DNA of 32,000 nt from Candidatus Nitrospira inopinata (GTDB lineage: Bacteria > Nitrospirota > Nitrospiria > Nitrospirales > Nitrospiraceae). The position numbers were made by a program, and so were the translations under genes. Where the stretch lies: positions 1,380,001 to 1,412,000 of the forward strand of contig NZ_LN885086.1 in the NCBI RefSeq assembly GCF_001458695.1. Reading direction: 5' to 3'. Positions within the stretch are counted from its first letter, which is position 1; each line of letters begins with the position of its first letter. Of the stretch, positions 24,705 through 32,000 are shown piece by piece. The notes beneath the pieces are model-generated. The model did no database searches, was not told the DNA's origin, and saw only the letters and a program-made list of their open reading frames with translations.

Positions 24705-24852
24705 GGTTTAATTTCTTTCCCGTATCGTCGCCTTTCACGACGCATTCATCTTGTCACGGCGGCCCGTGTGCTCCATAGGCTGTCGTCATGGTAGCATGTC
24801 GTCGTGGAAGAACAAAAACCGGGAGCGCGGTGTGTCAAAGGAGGAGAGATAT

Positions 24853-25467
24853 ATGGCTCATGGATGGCGGCGAAGGTGGTGGCGGAAGGGGGTATGCGGA
24901 ATGGCGGTCGCCGGGGTCATGGCGTTGTCCGGCTGCGGATACAACGATTTGCAGGGATTGGATGAAGATACCAAAGCGGCGTGGAGCGAGGTCGTCAACC
25001 AATATCAGCGGCGGGCCGATTTGATCCCCAATCTTGTGGCGACGGTAAAGGGGTACGCCGAGCATGAACGGGAAACGCTGGAAGCGGTCGTGAACGCCCG
25101 GTCCAAGGCCACTGCCACCCAGGTCACTCCCGAGATGTTGAAGGATCCGGCGGCGTTCGAGGAATTTCAAAAGGCGCAGGCCGGCCTTACCACCGCGTTG
25201 AGCCGTCTCATTGCCATTGCCGAAAACTATCCCAACCTGAAGGCGGATCAAAACTTCCGAGACCTGCAGAGCCAATTGGAAGGCACCGAAAATCGGATCG
25301 CCGTCGCACGCAAACGGTATATCGAAAAGGTCGCGGAGTACAACAAGATGGTCCGCTTTTTCCCGACCAATTTGACAGCCAAATTTATTCTGCACATGGA
25401 AGAAAAGCCGAATTTCTCCGTGCCGGATGAGAGCGCCATCGCGAAACCGCCGGACGTGAAGTTCTAA
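24853..25467 (+). CDS. lemA: LemA family lipoprotein
   Basis: Lipobox 'LSGC'. 'AWSEVVNQYQRRADLIPNLVATVKGYAEHERETLEAVVNARS' is the LemA signature. SD AAGGAGGAG is upstream. Confidence 0.9.
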   Translation: MAHGWRRRWWRKGVCGMAVAGVMALSGCGYNDLQGLDEDTKAAWSEVVNQYQRRADLIPNLVATVKGYAEHERETLEAVVNARSKATATQVTPEMLKDPAAFEEFQKAQAGLTTALSRLIAIAENYPNLKADQNFRDLQSQLEGTENRIAVARKRYIEKVAEYNKMVRFFPTNLTAKFILHMEEKPNFSVPDESAIAKPPDVKF

Positions 25468-25474
25468 GCGCACG

Positions 25475-26395
25475 GTGAAGCTCGAAGTTCAAGCGGAAAC
25501 GGTGAAGAAGCGGCCGACTATCCGGTTCTGCCGAGGCGCCCTGTGGTCCGCCTTTTGGGTCCTGCTCGCGACGGCCGTTCCCGCCTTGGGACTTGACGTG
25601 CCGGCCTTGACGGGTCGTGTCGTGGACCCGGCTCATGTCCTGCCGACCTCGGCAAAAGAGTCGATCGAAGCCAAGCTGGCGGACCATGAGGCCACAACGA
25701 CCAATCAAGTCGCCGTGTTGATTCTTCCCTCCCTGGAAGGCGAATCCCTCGAAGAATTTTCCCATCGCGTGGCGACGACGTGGCGACTGGGCGTCAAAGG
25801 CACTGACAATGGCGTGCTGCTCCTGATCGTCATGCGGGAGCGGAAGATCCGGATCGAAGTCGGCTATGGGCTGGAAGGCGACTTGACCGACGCGCGCTCG
25901 GCGCAAATCATCAGGAACGAGATCGTGCCTCGATTTCGGGCCGGCGATTTCGTGGGCGGCGTCTCCGCCGGTGTTGACGCGATTCTCCGGACCATCGAGG
26001 GAACCGATCAAGCGCCAGAGCGGACGATCCGGCCACGGGAGTCCGATGGCATCGGGTCGATCGGAACAGCCATTCTCGTCGGTATCGTAGTGGGAGTCGG
26101 CTTGATGGGGGTCCATCGACTGCTGGGATCGTTCGTCGGCGCCGGGATTTCCGCACTACTGGCTCCTTGGGCGGTGCCGGCCTTGATCGCGGGGGCGATC
26201 ACGCTTACGGTGCTCCTGGCCTTCTCTGCGGCCGGTTCTCGTGGAAGAGGAAGAAGCTATTCAGCGGCGGATGACTGGCTGTGGTACAGCAGTCGAGGCG
26301 GCGGTTGGCACGGCGGTTCATTCGGAGGCATGGGAGGCGGCTTCCGCGGCGGCGGAGGCAATTTCGGAGGAGGCGGCGCCAGTGGAAACTGGTAA
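25475..26395 (+). CDS. TPM-domain protein (YgcG-like) with Gly-rich C-terminal tail
   Basis: 'LTGRVVDPAHVL...IEAKLADHEATTTNQVAVLILPSL...GVLLLIVMRERKIRIEVGYGLEGDLTD'. The start could instead be GTG 25502, just before the signal peptide. Confidence 0.85.
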   Translation: MKLEVQAETVKKRPTIRFCRGALWSAFWVLLATAVPALGLDVPALTGRVVDPAHVLPTSAKESIEAKLADHEATTTNQVAVLILPSLEGESLEEFSHRVATTWRLGVKGTDNGVLLLIVMRERKIRIEVGYGLEGDLTDARSAQIIRNEIVPRFRAGDFVGGVSAGVDAILRTIEGTDQAPERTIRPRESDGIGSIGTAILVGIVVGVGLMGVHRLLGSFVGAGISALLAPWAVPALIAGAITLTVLLAFSAAGSRGRGRSYSAADDWLWYSSRGGGWHGGSFGGMGGGFRGGGGNFGGGGASGNW

Positions 26396-27044
26396 GGGGC
26401 TGAAGTTAACCCCAGAGGAACAGGAGCTGATCACCTCGGCGGTCCGGCGGGCGGAAGAGAAGACCAACGCCGAAATCGTCCCCATGATCGTGATTCGATC
26501 GGGGCTGTATCGAGACGTGCAGTACCGGACCGGCCTGCTGGTGGGGCTGGTTGTGTTAGCGGGGTTGCTCATGATGGAACCGCTGTGGCTGCCCTGGGGC
26601 TGGTCCGCCTCGAACGCCGCCTGGCTCATGGCGGCCGTGATTCTCGGCTATGGAGGAGGAGCGTGGTTGGGAAAGTGGCCGCCCGTAATTCGGCTGATGA
26701 CGTCGCGCGAGCGCATGGACCAAAAGGTGATGTGGCGGGCCGAACGAGCCTTCGCCCAACACGCCCTGGCGAAAACCCGCGAGAGCACCGGCGTCCTGAT
26801 CATGTTGTCGATGTTGGAACGGTCCATCTATGTGTTGCCGGATCGGTCGCTCGCCGATCTGGTGCCGTCGGAACGATGGCGTGAAGTCGTCCAGGCGAGC
26901 ATTCAGCACCTCCATGAAGGCCAGATCGTGGTGGGCCTGTGCGACGCGATCCAAGCCTGCGGGGCCCTCTTAGCGGAGGTGTGCCCCGGCAGGCCGGGTG
27001 ACAATCCCAATGAATTGCCGGATCAATTGATCCAGGAGCCGTAG
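26382..27044 (+). CDS. TPM/DUF477-like membrane protein (third gene of the LemA-TPM-TPM unit)
   Basis: 'LTPEEQELITSAVRRAEEKTNAEIVPMIV' and 'TGVLIMLSMLERSIYVLPD'. The GTG at 26382 follows GGAGGAGG and overlaps the preceding stop. Confidence 0.7.
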   Translation: METGKGLKLTPEEQELITSAVRRAEEKTNAEIVPMIVIRSGLYRDVQYRTGLLVGLVVLAGLLMMEPLWLPWGWSASNAAWLMAAVILGYGGGAWLGKWPPVIRLMTSRERMDQKVMWRAERAFAQHALAKTRESTGVLIMLSMLERSIYVLPDRSLADLVPSERWREVVQASIQHLHEGQIVVGLCDAIQACGALLAEVCPGRPGDNPNELPDQLIQEP

Positions 27045-27117
27045 GCCGCGTCGTTCGCGCGCCAGAAAAATCGTCGGACGATAGACGGTCTCTCGGTGTT
27101 CCGCTAGAATCCGCACC

Positions 27118-28722
27118 ATGTCGCATCCCACCGCTTCGGTCGTCTCTCCGTCGTCGAAACAAGACGAGCACCAGTCGGTCGTGAAAGCCGCCGGCGTGAT
27201 CGGTGTCGGCACCTTTGCGAGCCGGATTCTGGGCTTCATCCGCGACATGGTGCTGGCCCGGTTGTTCGGCGCCACGCCGGCCGCGGACGCCTTTTTCGTG
27301 GCGTTTCGCGTGCCGAGTCTGCTCCGAGAACTGTTCGCCGAAGGGTCCATGTCCTCGGCCTTCATCCCGGTCTTCACGGAGTACCGGACCACCCGCGGCA
27401 AGCAGGAGGTGTGGGAACTGGCCAGCGCCGTCTTTACAACGCTCCTGACCGTGGTGACGCTGGTGACGATCCTGGGAATGTTGGCGGCTCCCTGGCTTGT
27501 GCAACTGCTCGCACCGGGCTTTGAGGAGCATCCAGGCAAACTCGCGCTCACGACGTTGCTGGCCCGCATCATGTTTCCCTACCTGCTGTTTATCAGCCTG
27601 GCCGCGCTCGCGATGGGTATTTTGAATTCGGTGCGGGCCTTCGCCGCGCCGGCGTTTTCGCCGCTGTTTTTGAATCTTGCCATCATTGGCTGCTCGTTGG
27701 GCTTGTCTCCGTTGTTGGAAGAGCCGATCATCGGCGCGGCGATCGGAGTCACGGTCGGGGGAGTGGCTCAATTTGCGATGCAATTGCCCAGCCTCAAGCG
27801 GCGGGAACTGTTGTTCGGCTTTCGGTTCAATCCGGGCCATCCCGGTCTGCGCCGGATCGGTCGATTGATGGTGCCGTCGCTCGTCGGCCTCTCGGTGACG
27901 CAAATCAATCTGACCGTGAGCACCGTGCTCGGCTCGTTCTTCAGCGGAGGGCCGACGTATTTGTTCTACGGCATGCGCTTGATTCAATTTCCGCTGGGTG
28001 TGTTCGGCGTGGCGCTGGGAATGGCCATCCTGCCGACCCTGTCCGCACAAGCGGCGAGAGGAGCGCTCGACGAACTGCGGACGACGCTGGGGTTCGGCCT
28101 GCGGATGATTCTGTTTATCATGGTGCCGGCGATGGTGGGCCTGATTCTGTTACGGGTGCCGATCGTGCATCTGTTTTTCGAGCACGGCTCGTTCACGGCC
28201 CATGATACGGCCGAGACGGCCTTGGCGGTGCTTTGCTACGCGGTCGGATTGTGGGCCTTCGGCGGGGTCCGCATTATCGTCGCGGCGTTTTATTCATTGC
28301 AAGACACCACGACGCCGGCCGTCTCCGCCGCGATTGCGGTGGCGGCCAACATCCTGTTTTCGCTGGTCCTGATGTCGTTTCTGGGGGCGGCGGGGCTCGC
28401 GCTGGCGACGGCCCTCGCCGCCATGGTGAACGGCGGCATTCTGGTGGCGGTGCTGAACAGGCGTTTGGGCGGCGTCGAGTGGAGAGCGGTCGGCCGCTCG
28501 TCGTTACGGGTGCTGGCGGCCTGCGTGCCGATGGTGCTCGTCTGTTGGTGGACGGCCGGTGCCGGTGTCTGGCGGGAGCCGGCCGATTGGGTGGTCAAGT
28601 CGGCGCTGCTGTTTATGACCATCGTTTTCAGTGTCGGCGGCTACGTGACCGTGCATGCGCTGCTCCGGTCGGAGGAATTGGACGTGGTGCGGGACATGCT
28701 CCGCAGAAAGTTCGGCCGATGA
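27118..28722 (+). CDS. murJ: Lipid II flippase MurJ (MviN)
   Basis: 'SRILGFIRDMVLARLFGATPAADAFFVAFRVPSLLRELFAEGSMSSAFIPVF' is the canonical MurJ N-terminus. 534 aa, polytopic. Confidence 0.95.
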   Translation: MSHPTASVVSPSSKQDEHQSVVKAAGVIGVGTFASRILGFIRDMVLARLFGATPAADAFFVAFRVPSLLRELFAEGSMSSAFIPVFTEYRTTRGKQEVWELASAVFTTLLTVVTLVTILGMLAAPWLVQLLAPGFEEHPGKLALTTLLARIMFPYLLFISLAALAMGILNSVRAFAAPAFSPLFLNLAIIGCSLGLSPLLEEPIIGAAIGVTVGGVAQFAMQLPSLKRRELLFGFRFNPGHPGLRRIGRLMVPSLVGLSVTQINLTVSTVLGSFFSGGPTYLFYGMRLIQFPLGVFGVALGMAILPTLSAQAARGALDELRTTLGFGLRMILFIMVPAMVGLILLRVPIVHLFFEHGSFTAHDTAETALAVLCYAVGLWAFGGVRIIVAAFYSLQDTTTPAVSAAIAVAANILFSLVLMSFLGAAGLALATALAAMVNGGILVAVLNRRLGGVEWRAVGRSSLRVLAACVPMVLVCWWTAGAGVWREPADWVVKSALLFMTIVFSVGGYVTVHALLRSEELDVVRDMLRRKFGR

Positions 28723-29270
28723 ACGGAATCAACGGCGGTGGAGACCGGCGCGGTCTCGTGTTCGATTCCCCATGGGGGTGGATGGGAGTGTCCGAGACGG
28801 TCAGAGGGATCGATATGATTGTGTTGCCCAATCGATCACAACGAGCAGTTGCGATGGCTCTTGGAGTGAGGGTTCTTCAGGGTGAAGAGTCGGCGAGGCT
28901 CTCGGCGGCCAGGCGCCAACTGCTTGACTATATGAGCGGGGTTGGGAAGACGTTCGATGTTCCGATCGACTGTTCCAGCGGCACGGTGTTTCAACGGTTG
29001 GTCTGGCGGACGCTCCGCCGGATTCCCTACGGCACGGTGCGGTCCTATCAATGGGTTGCCGACCGAGTCGGGGGTCGTGCCTATGCCCGTGCCGTTGGAA
29101 ACGCGGTGGGGGCCAATCCCTTGCCGATCGTCATTCCCTGCCATCGGGTTGTCGCGCATGACCGGTCGTTGGGCGGGTTCTCCGGCGGCCTGTCGATGAA
29201 GCGAAAACTGTTGGCGCTGGAGGGATCGTTGCCCCTGTTAAGGACGCGATCCTCCCGCAGCGGGTCATGA
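28719..29270 (+). CDS. ogt: Methylated-DNA--protein-cysteine methyltransferase
   Basis: 'IPYGTVRSYQWVA', 'ARAVGNAVGANPLPIVIPCHRVV' (PCHR active site) and 'GG...K..LL.LEG'. An ATGA start/stop overlap joins it to murJ. Confidence 0.9.
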   Translation: MNGINGGGDRRGLVFDSPWGWMGVSETVRGIDMIVLPNRSQRAVAMALGVRVLQGEESARLSAARRQLLDYMSGVGKTFDVPIDCSSGTVFQRLVWRTLRRIPYGTVRSYQWVADRVGGRAYARAVGNAVGANPLPIVIPCHRVVAHDRSLGGFSGGLSMKRKLLALEGSLPLLRTRSSRSGS

Positions 29271-29336
29271 CAACGGCCGGTTGTGTCCGCCGGCGCCAAT
29301 GGGAGAAGCCATAGTTAGCTATTTGGGGAACGTTCG

Positions 29337-29789
29337 ATGAAAGCCGTGATCCAACGTGTTGCGCACGCCTCGGTGACGGTCGAGGAGGCTGTCGTGGGGC
29401 GAATCGGGCAAGGCCTCATGGTCTTGTTGGGCGTCGCCAAGGGCGACACGGAGGAGGACGGACGCTACATGGCCGAGAAGATCAGGACATTGCGTATTTT
29501 CCCTGATGAAGCGGGTAAGATGAATCGTTCGCTGACGGATGTGGGCGGGGCCGTTCTGCTGGTGTCTCAGTTCACATTGCTGGGCGGTACGACGACGGGG
29601 CGTCGTCCGAGCTTCGATGAGGCCGCGCCGCCCGATGAAGCCAGGCGGTTGTATGAGCTGGTTTCCGAAGAGTTGCGGAGGCAGGGAACGGTCGTCGAGA
29701 CCGGCGTCTTTGCCGCGTACATGCGAGTGGCGTTGCTGAACGACGGACCGGTCACGTTCATCGTGAACAGCCGAGAAACTCGTCGGTGA
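29337..29789 (+). CDS. dtd: D-aminoacyl-tRNA deacylase
   Basis: '[12 protein letters not shown]', 'GLMVLLGV', 'LLVSQFTL' and 'NDGPVTF' are Dtd blocks. Confidence 0.95.
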   Translation: MKAVIQRVAHASVTVEEAVVGRIGQGLMVLLGVAKGDTEEDGRYMAEKIRTLRIFPDEAGKMNRSLTDVGGAVLLVSQFTLLGGTTTGRRPSFDEAAPPDEARRLYELVSEELRRQGTVVETGVFAAYMRVALLNDGPVTFIVNSRETRR

Positions 29790-29849
29790 GACTCCGCCGG
29801 TCTTGACGGCGGCGATCGTGAGACGAAAGCCGATGGGTCGTCGCCGATT

Positions 29850-29858
29850 TGATATAAT
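29850..29858 (+). promoter_or_regulatory. Extended -10 promoter element TGaTATAAT upstream of the 188-aa hypothetical gene
   Basis: Read directly, 46 nt upstream of the ATG at 29904. No clear -35 element. Confidence 0.35.
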
Positions 29859-29903
29859 GATATCGAACACGTTATTCGCAAGGGGAAGAAGAGGAAGATC
29901 GTT

Positions 29904-30470
29904 ATGAGCACTCAGGTTCCTCCACAGCATCCGCTGCGCCGGCTCTTCGTCGCGTTGACGGAGAAGAGCTTTGCCGAACATCTCGGATGGCCCGATCTGA
30001 ACGTGACGTCGTATCTCTCGAACATGCTGGTCGACTTCACCCATACCGATCGGCTGTATAAAATTCGGAACCGACACGATCAACCCGTCGATACGGTCGT
30101 TGAGATGTTGTTTGAGTCCGAAGTGTTGTTGGAGGCGCAGTCGTTGGATCGCGAGCGGGACGTGCATCGCCATATCGGCGATTTCACCCTCTTCATGGCC
30201 GGGCTGTTTCCGGAATACCTTCGCCGCCTCAAATCCGCCGGATTGATTTATCACAAGGATTTCCTGGTGGATTACGTGAAAACCGGAAAACGATCCTACG
30301 GCATTGTGGCCCGGATCGGGCTCTCCACCGCCGAGGGCGATCCCCCGTTGTTCCAAAAACTGTCGGAAAACTTCGAACTCTGCGTCACCGGCCTGGGGTT
30401 TGTTCGGTCGGATCTTGATCGGATGCAGAATCCCGTCTATCAAAAAACCCGCGACTTGCTTCTGAATTGA
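29904..30470 (+). CDS. Hypothetical protein (188 aa, predicted helical)
   Basis: ORF has GC3-rich codon usage like its neighbours and a purine-rich stretch (GAAGAAGAGGAAG) upstream. Its stop overlaps the TTG start of the next gene. No family recognised. Confidence 0.6.
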   Translation: MSTQVPPQHPLRRLFVALTEKSFAEHLGWPDLNVTSYLSNMLVDFTHTDRLYKIRNRHDQPVDTVVEMLFESEVLLEAQSLDRERDVHRHIGDFTLFMAGLFPEYLRRLKSAGLIYHKDFLVDYVKTGKRSYGIVARIGLSTAEGDPPLFQKLSENFELCVTGLGFVRSDLDRMQNPVYQKTRDLLLN

Positions 30471-31348
30471 AATCCGCAACTCATTTGATCCTGGCCCACG
30501 GCGGCGCCGGCCGCCGATCGATGAGCGGCGCGCAAAGGGAGAACCTGCGGGCCGCTCTGGAAGTCGGCTACCATCTCTTGGAGCGTGGCGCGCCGGCGGC
30601 CGCCGCCGTGGAACAGGCTATTCGCGTACTTGAGCGAAGCGGTCTTTTTAACGCGGGCTTGGGCGCCCGTCTTCAACTCGACGGCGCGCGCCGGATGGAT
30701 GCGTCGATTATGGAGGGACGGGGGTTGCGAGCCGGCGCCGTCGCCTCGATGGAAGGCGTCGTGCATCCGATCACCGCCGCCCGCCTGGTCATGGAAGAAA
30801 CGGATCACGTGTTGCTTGTGGGACCGATGGCGACGAGGTTTGCGAAACATTTCAAGCTGGAGCGTCGGCGGAGTCCCGCGCCGAAGCAGGTGCCATACGA
30901 CAGGATGCTCAGGCGGGCGCGGCTTGCGCGCCAGCGCCACGGCACCGTCGGCGCCGTGGCGCTGGACCGTTGTGGGACAGTAGCGGCCGGCGCTTCCACC
31001 GGAGGGATCGCCCGTATGTTGCCGGGGCGGGTGGGCGATACGCCGTTGATCGGTTGCGGAGTCTATGCCGACAACCATGCCGGAGCCGTGTCGATGACGG
31101 GTATCGGGGAAGGGATCATCCGGCTGGTCGCGGCCAAAACGATCTGCGACCGATTGGAAAAGGGAGAAACACCGGCTTCAGCGGCGCGGCATGTACTCAA
31201 GATGTTGGTGGCAAGAATTCAGGGCTCGGCCGGGACGTTGGTGTTGGCGCCTGACGGCCGGTTCACGATCACGCACGTGACGCCTCACATGGCGGCCGGG
31301 TGGTGGAATGGAAAAGGGAAACCGATCGTTGGAGACTGTTTTCGGTAG
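30467..31348 (+). CDS. iaaA: Isoaspartyl peptidase / L-asparaginase (Ntn-hydrolase, plant-type asparaginase family)
   Basis: 'LILAHGGAG', the autoprocessing site 'HGTVGAVALD', and 'GRVGDTPLIGCGVYAD...GAVSMTGIGEGIIR'. Confidence 0.9.
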   Translation: MKSATHLILAHGGAGRRSMSGAQRENLRAALEVGYHLLERGAPAAAAVEQAIRVLERSGLFNAGLGARLQLDGARRMDASIMEGRGLRAGAVASMEGVVHPITAARLVMEETDHVLLVGPMATRFAKHFKLERRRSPAPKQVPYDRMLRRARLARQRHGTVGAVALDRCGTVAAGASTGGIARMLPGRVGDTPLIGCGVYADNHAGAVSMTGIGEGIIRLVAAKTICDRLEKGETPASAARHVLKMLVARIQGSAGTLVLAPDGRFTITHVTPHMAAGWWNGKGKPIVGDCFR

Positions 31349-31416
31349 GCGGCCGGCTTGTGTTGCGTGCAGGAAAATCCCGCGCATGGTGCGGAGCCAT
31401 CGAGCGCGGGAGCTGT

Positions 31417-32000
31417 TCACGGCCGATCCAGCTTTCCGCGAGGCGGAGGAGGCACGGATACGTGCCGGATGTCTCTGAGAATGCGCTGTTGCCGTTGCGT
31501 CAGGGCGGCGGTCTTTCTGAGGGGATCGTACCGTCGAGGGGAGGGGAGCATTGCCGCCAGCCAGGCCGCCTCGTCCTCGGTGAGCTCGGCGGCGGATTTA
31601 CCGAAATGATGGCGGGCCGCCGCTTCCGCTCCATAGACGCCTCGTCCCCATTCGGCCACGTTCAAGTAGATCTCCAGGATTCGTCTCTTGGTCAAGCGCC
31701 GTTCGAGCAGGCGCGTGATCAAGGCTTCCCGCATCTTTCGCAACAGAGACCGCTCGGACGAGAGGTACAGGTTTTTGGCGAGTTGTTGGGTGATGGTGCT
31801 CCCGCCTCGTTTCATTTCCCCGGCTTCGATATTATGAAGCGCGGCGTCTCGAATGCCTTCCCAATCGAATCCTTCGTGCGCAAAGAACGACGCGTCCTCG
31901 GCGGCGATCACCGCGCGTTGAAGGTGCGGGGAGATGCGCTCAAGAGGAACCCAAACCCATTGTCTCGAAAGCGGACGTTTTTGTGGGGGGAGCTCCGCCA
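31417..32000 (-). CDS. mtgA: Monofunctional biosynthetic peptidoglycan transglycosylase (5' end runs off the window)
   Basis: GT51 blocks 'IAAEDASFFAHEGFDWEGI', 'RGGSTITQQLAKNLYL' and 'RKMREALITRLLE..L.KRRILEIYLNVAEWG'. The frame stays open upstream of the first Met to position 32000. Confidence 0.9.
   Translation of the reverse strand, partial: AELPPQKRPLSRQWVWVPLERISPHLQRAVIAAEDASFFAHEGFDWEGIRDAALHNIEAGEMKRGGSTITQQLAKNLYLSSERSLLRKMREALITRLLERRLTKRRILEIYLNVAEWGRGVYGAEAAARHHFGKSAAELTEDEAAWLAAMLPSPRRYDPLRKTAALTQRQQRILRDIRHVSVPPPPRGKLDRP

Noticed and set aside
26800-28050. 416-aa ORF on the minus strand
   Set aside because: It is antisense to murJ. Its extreme Arg/Gln/His/Glu-rich composition marks it as a shadow ORF.
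29319-30479. 386-aa ORF on the minus strand
   Set aside because: It is antisense to dtd and the 188-aa gene. The + strand genes have clear motifs (dtd) and SD/promoter signals, and this frame has none.
1-32000. Mobile elements, prophage, CRISPR arrays or a full T6SS cluster
   Set aside because: I saw no transposase, integrase or recombinase motifs, no long terminal inverted repeats, and no regularly spaced direct repeats. Hcp is the only T6SS-related gene.

Overview
This is a high-GC (by eye about 60%) bacterial chromosomal segment with diderm-type housekeeping content: lpxC, murJ, mtgA, a cytochrome-b558-type sdh/frd CAB operon, dtd, ogt, xthA and suhB. I can support about 33 CDSs plus several hairpin terminators and promoter-like sites. 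I see no rRNA, tRNA, CRISPR array, transposase or integrase. All family calls rest on motif recognition from the translated ORFs, not on searches. Start codons were refined by looking for Shine-Dalgarno (SD) sequences.

Three regions stand out:
1. An oxyR-centred oxidative-stress island at 4.6-9.6 kb: oxyR, then divergently a small secreted repeat protein, catalase, dps and a di-haem cytochrome c peroxidase.
2. A hairpin-bracketed, co-directional unit at 11.1-15.3 kb. It encodes a stand-alone ParB/Srx-fold protein, a pterin-4a-carbinolamine dehydratase, and a B12-binding radical SAM enzyme of the RiPP-maturase type (Cx7Cx2C cluster motif, C-terminal RRE-like domain). A small ORF fills the 193-nt gap after that enzyme, followed by an orphan T6SS tube protein, Hcp. 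This is my best candidate for an undescribed system: a radical-SAM-modified peptide or Hcp module. It is preceded by a 660-bp region with no convincing CDS.
3. A visibly AT-richer islet at 17.0-17.9 kb between suhB and lpxC. It carries a consensus sigma70 promoter and a coiled-coil plus HARE-HTH-like protein.

The gene content is compatible with a Nitrospirota-like organism, but I cannot verify that.
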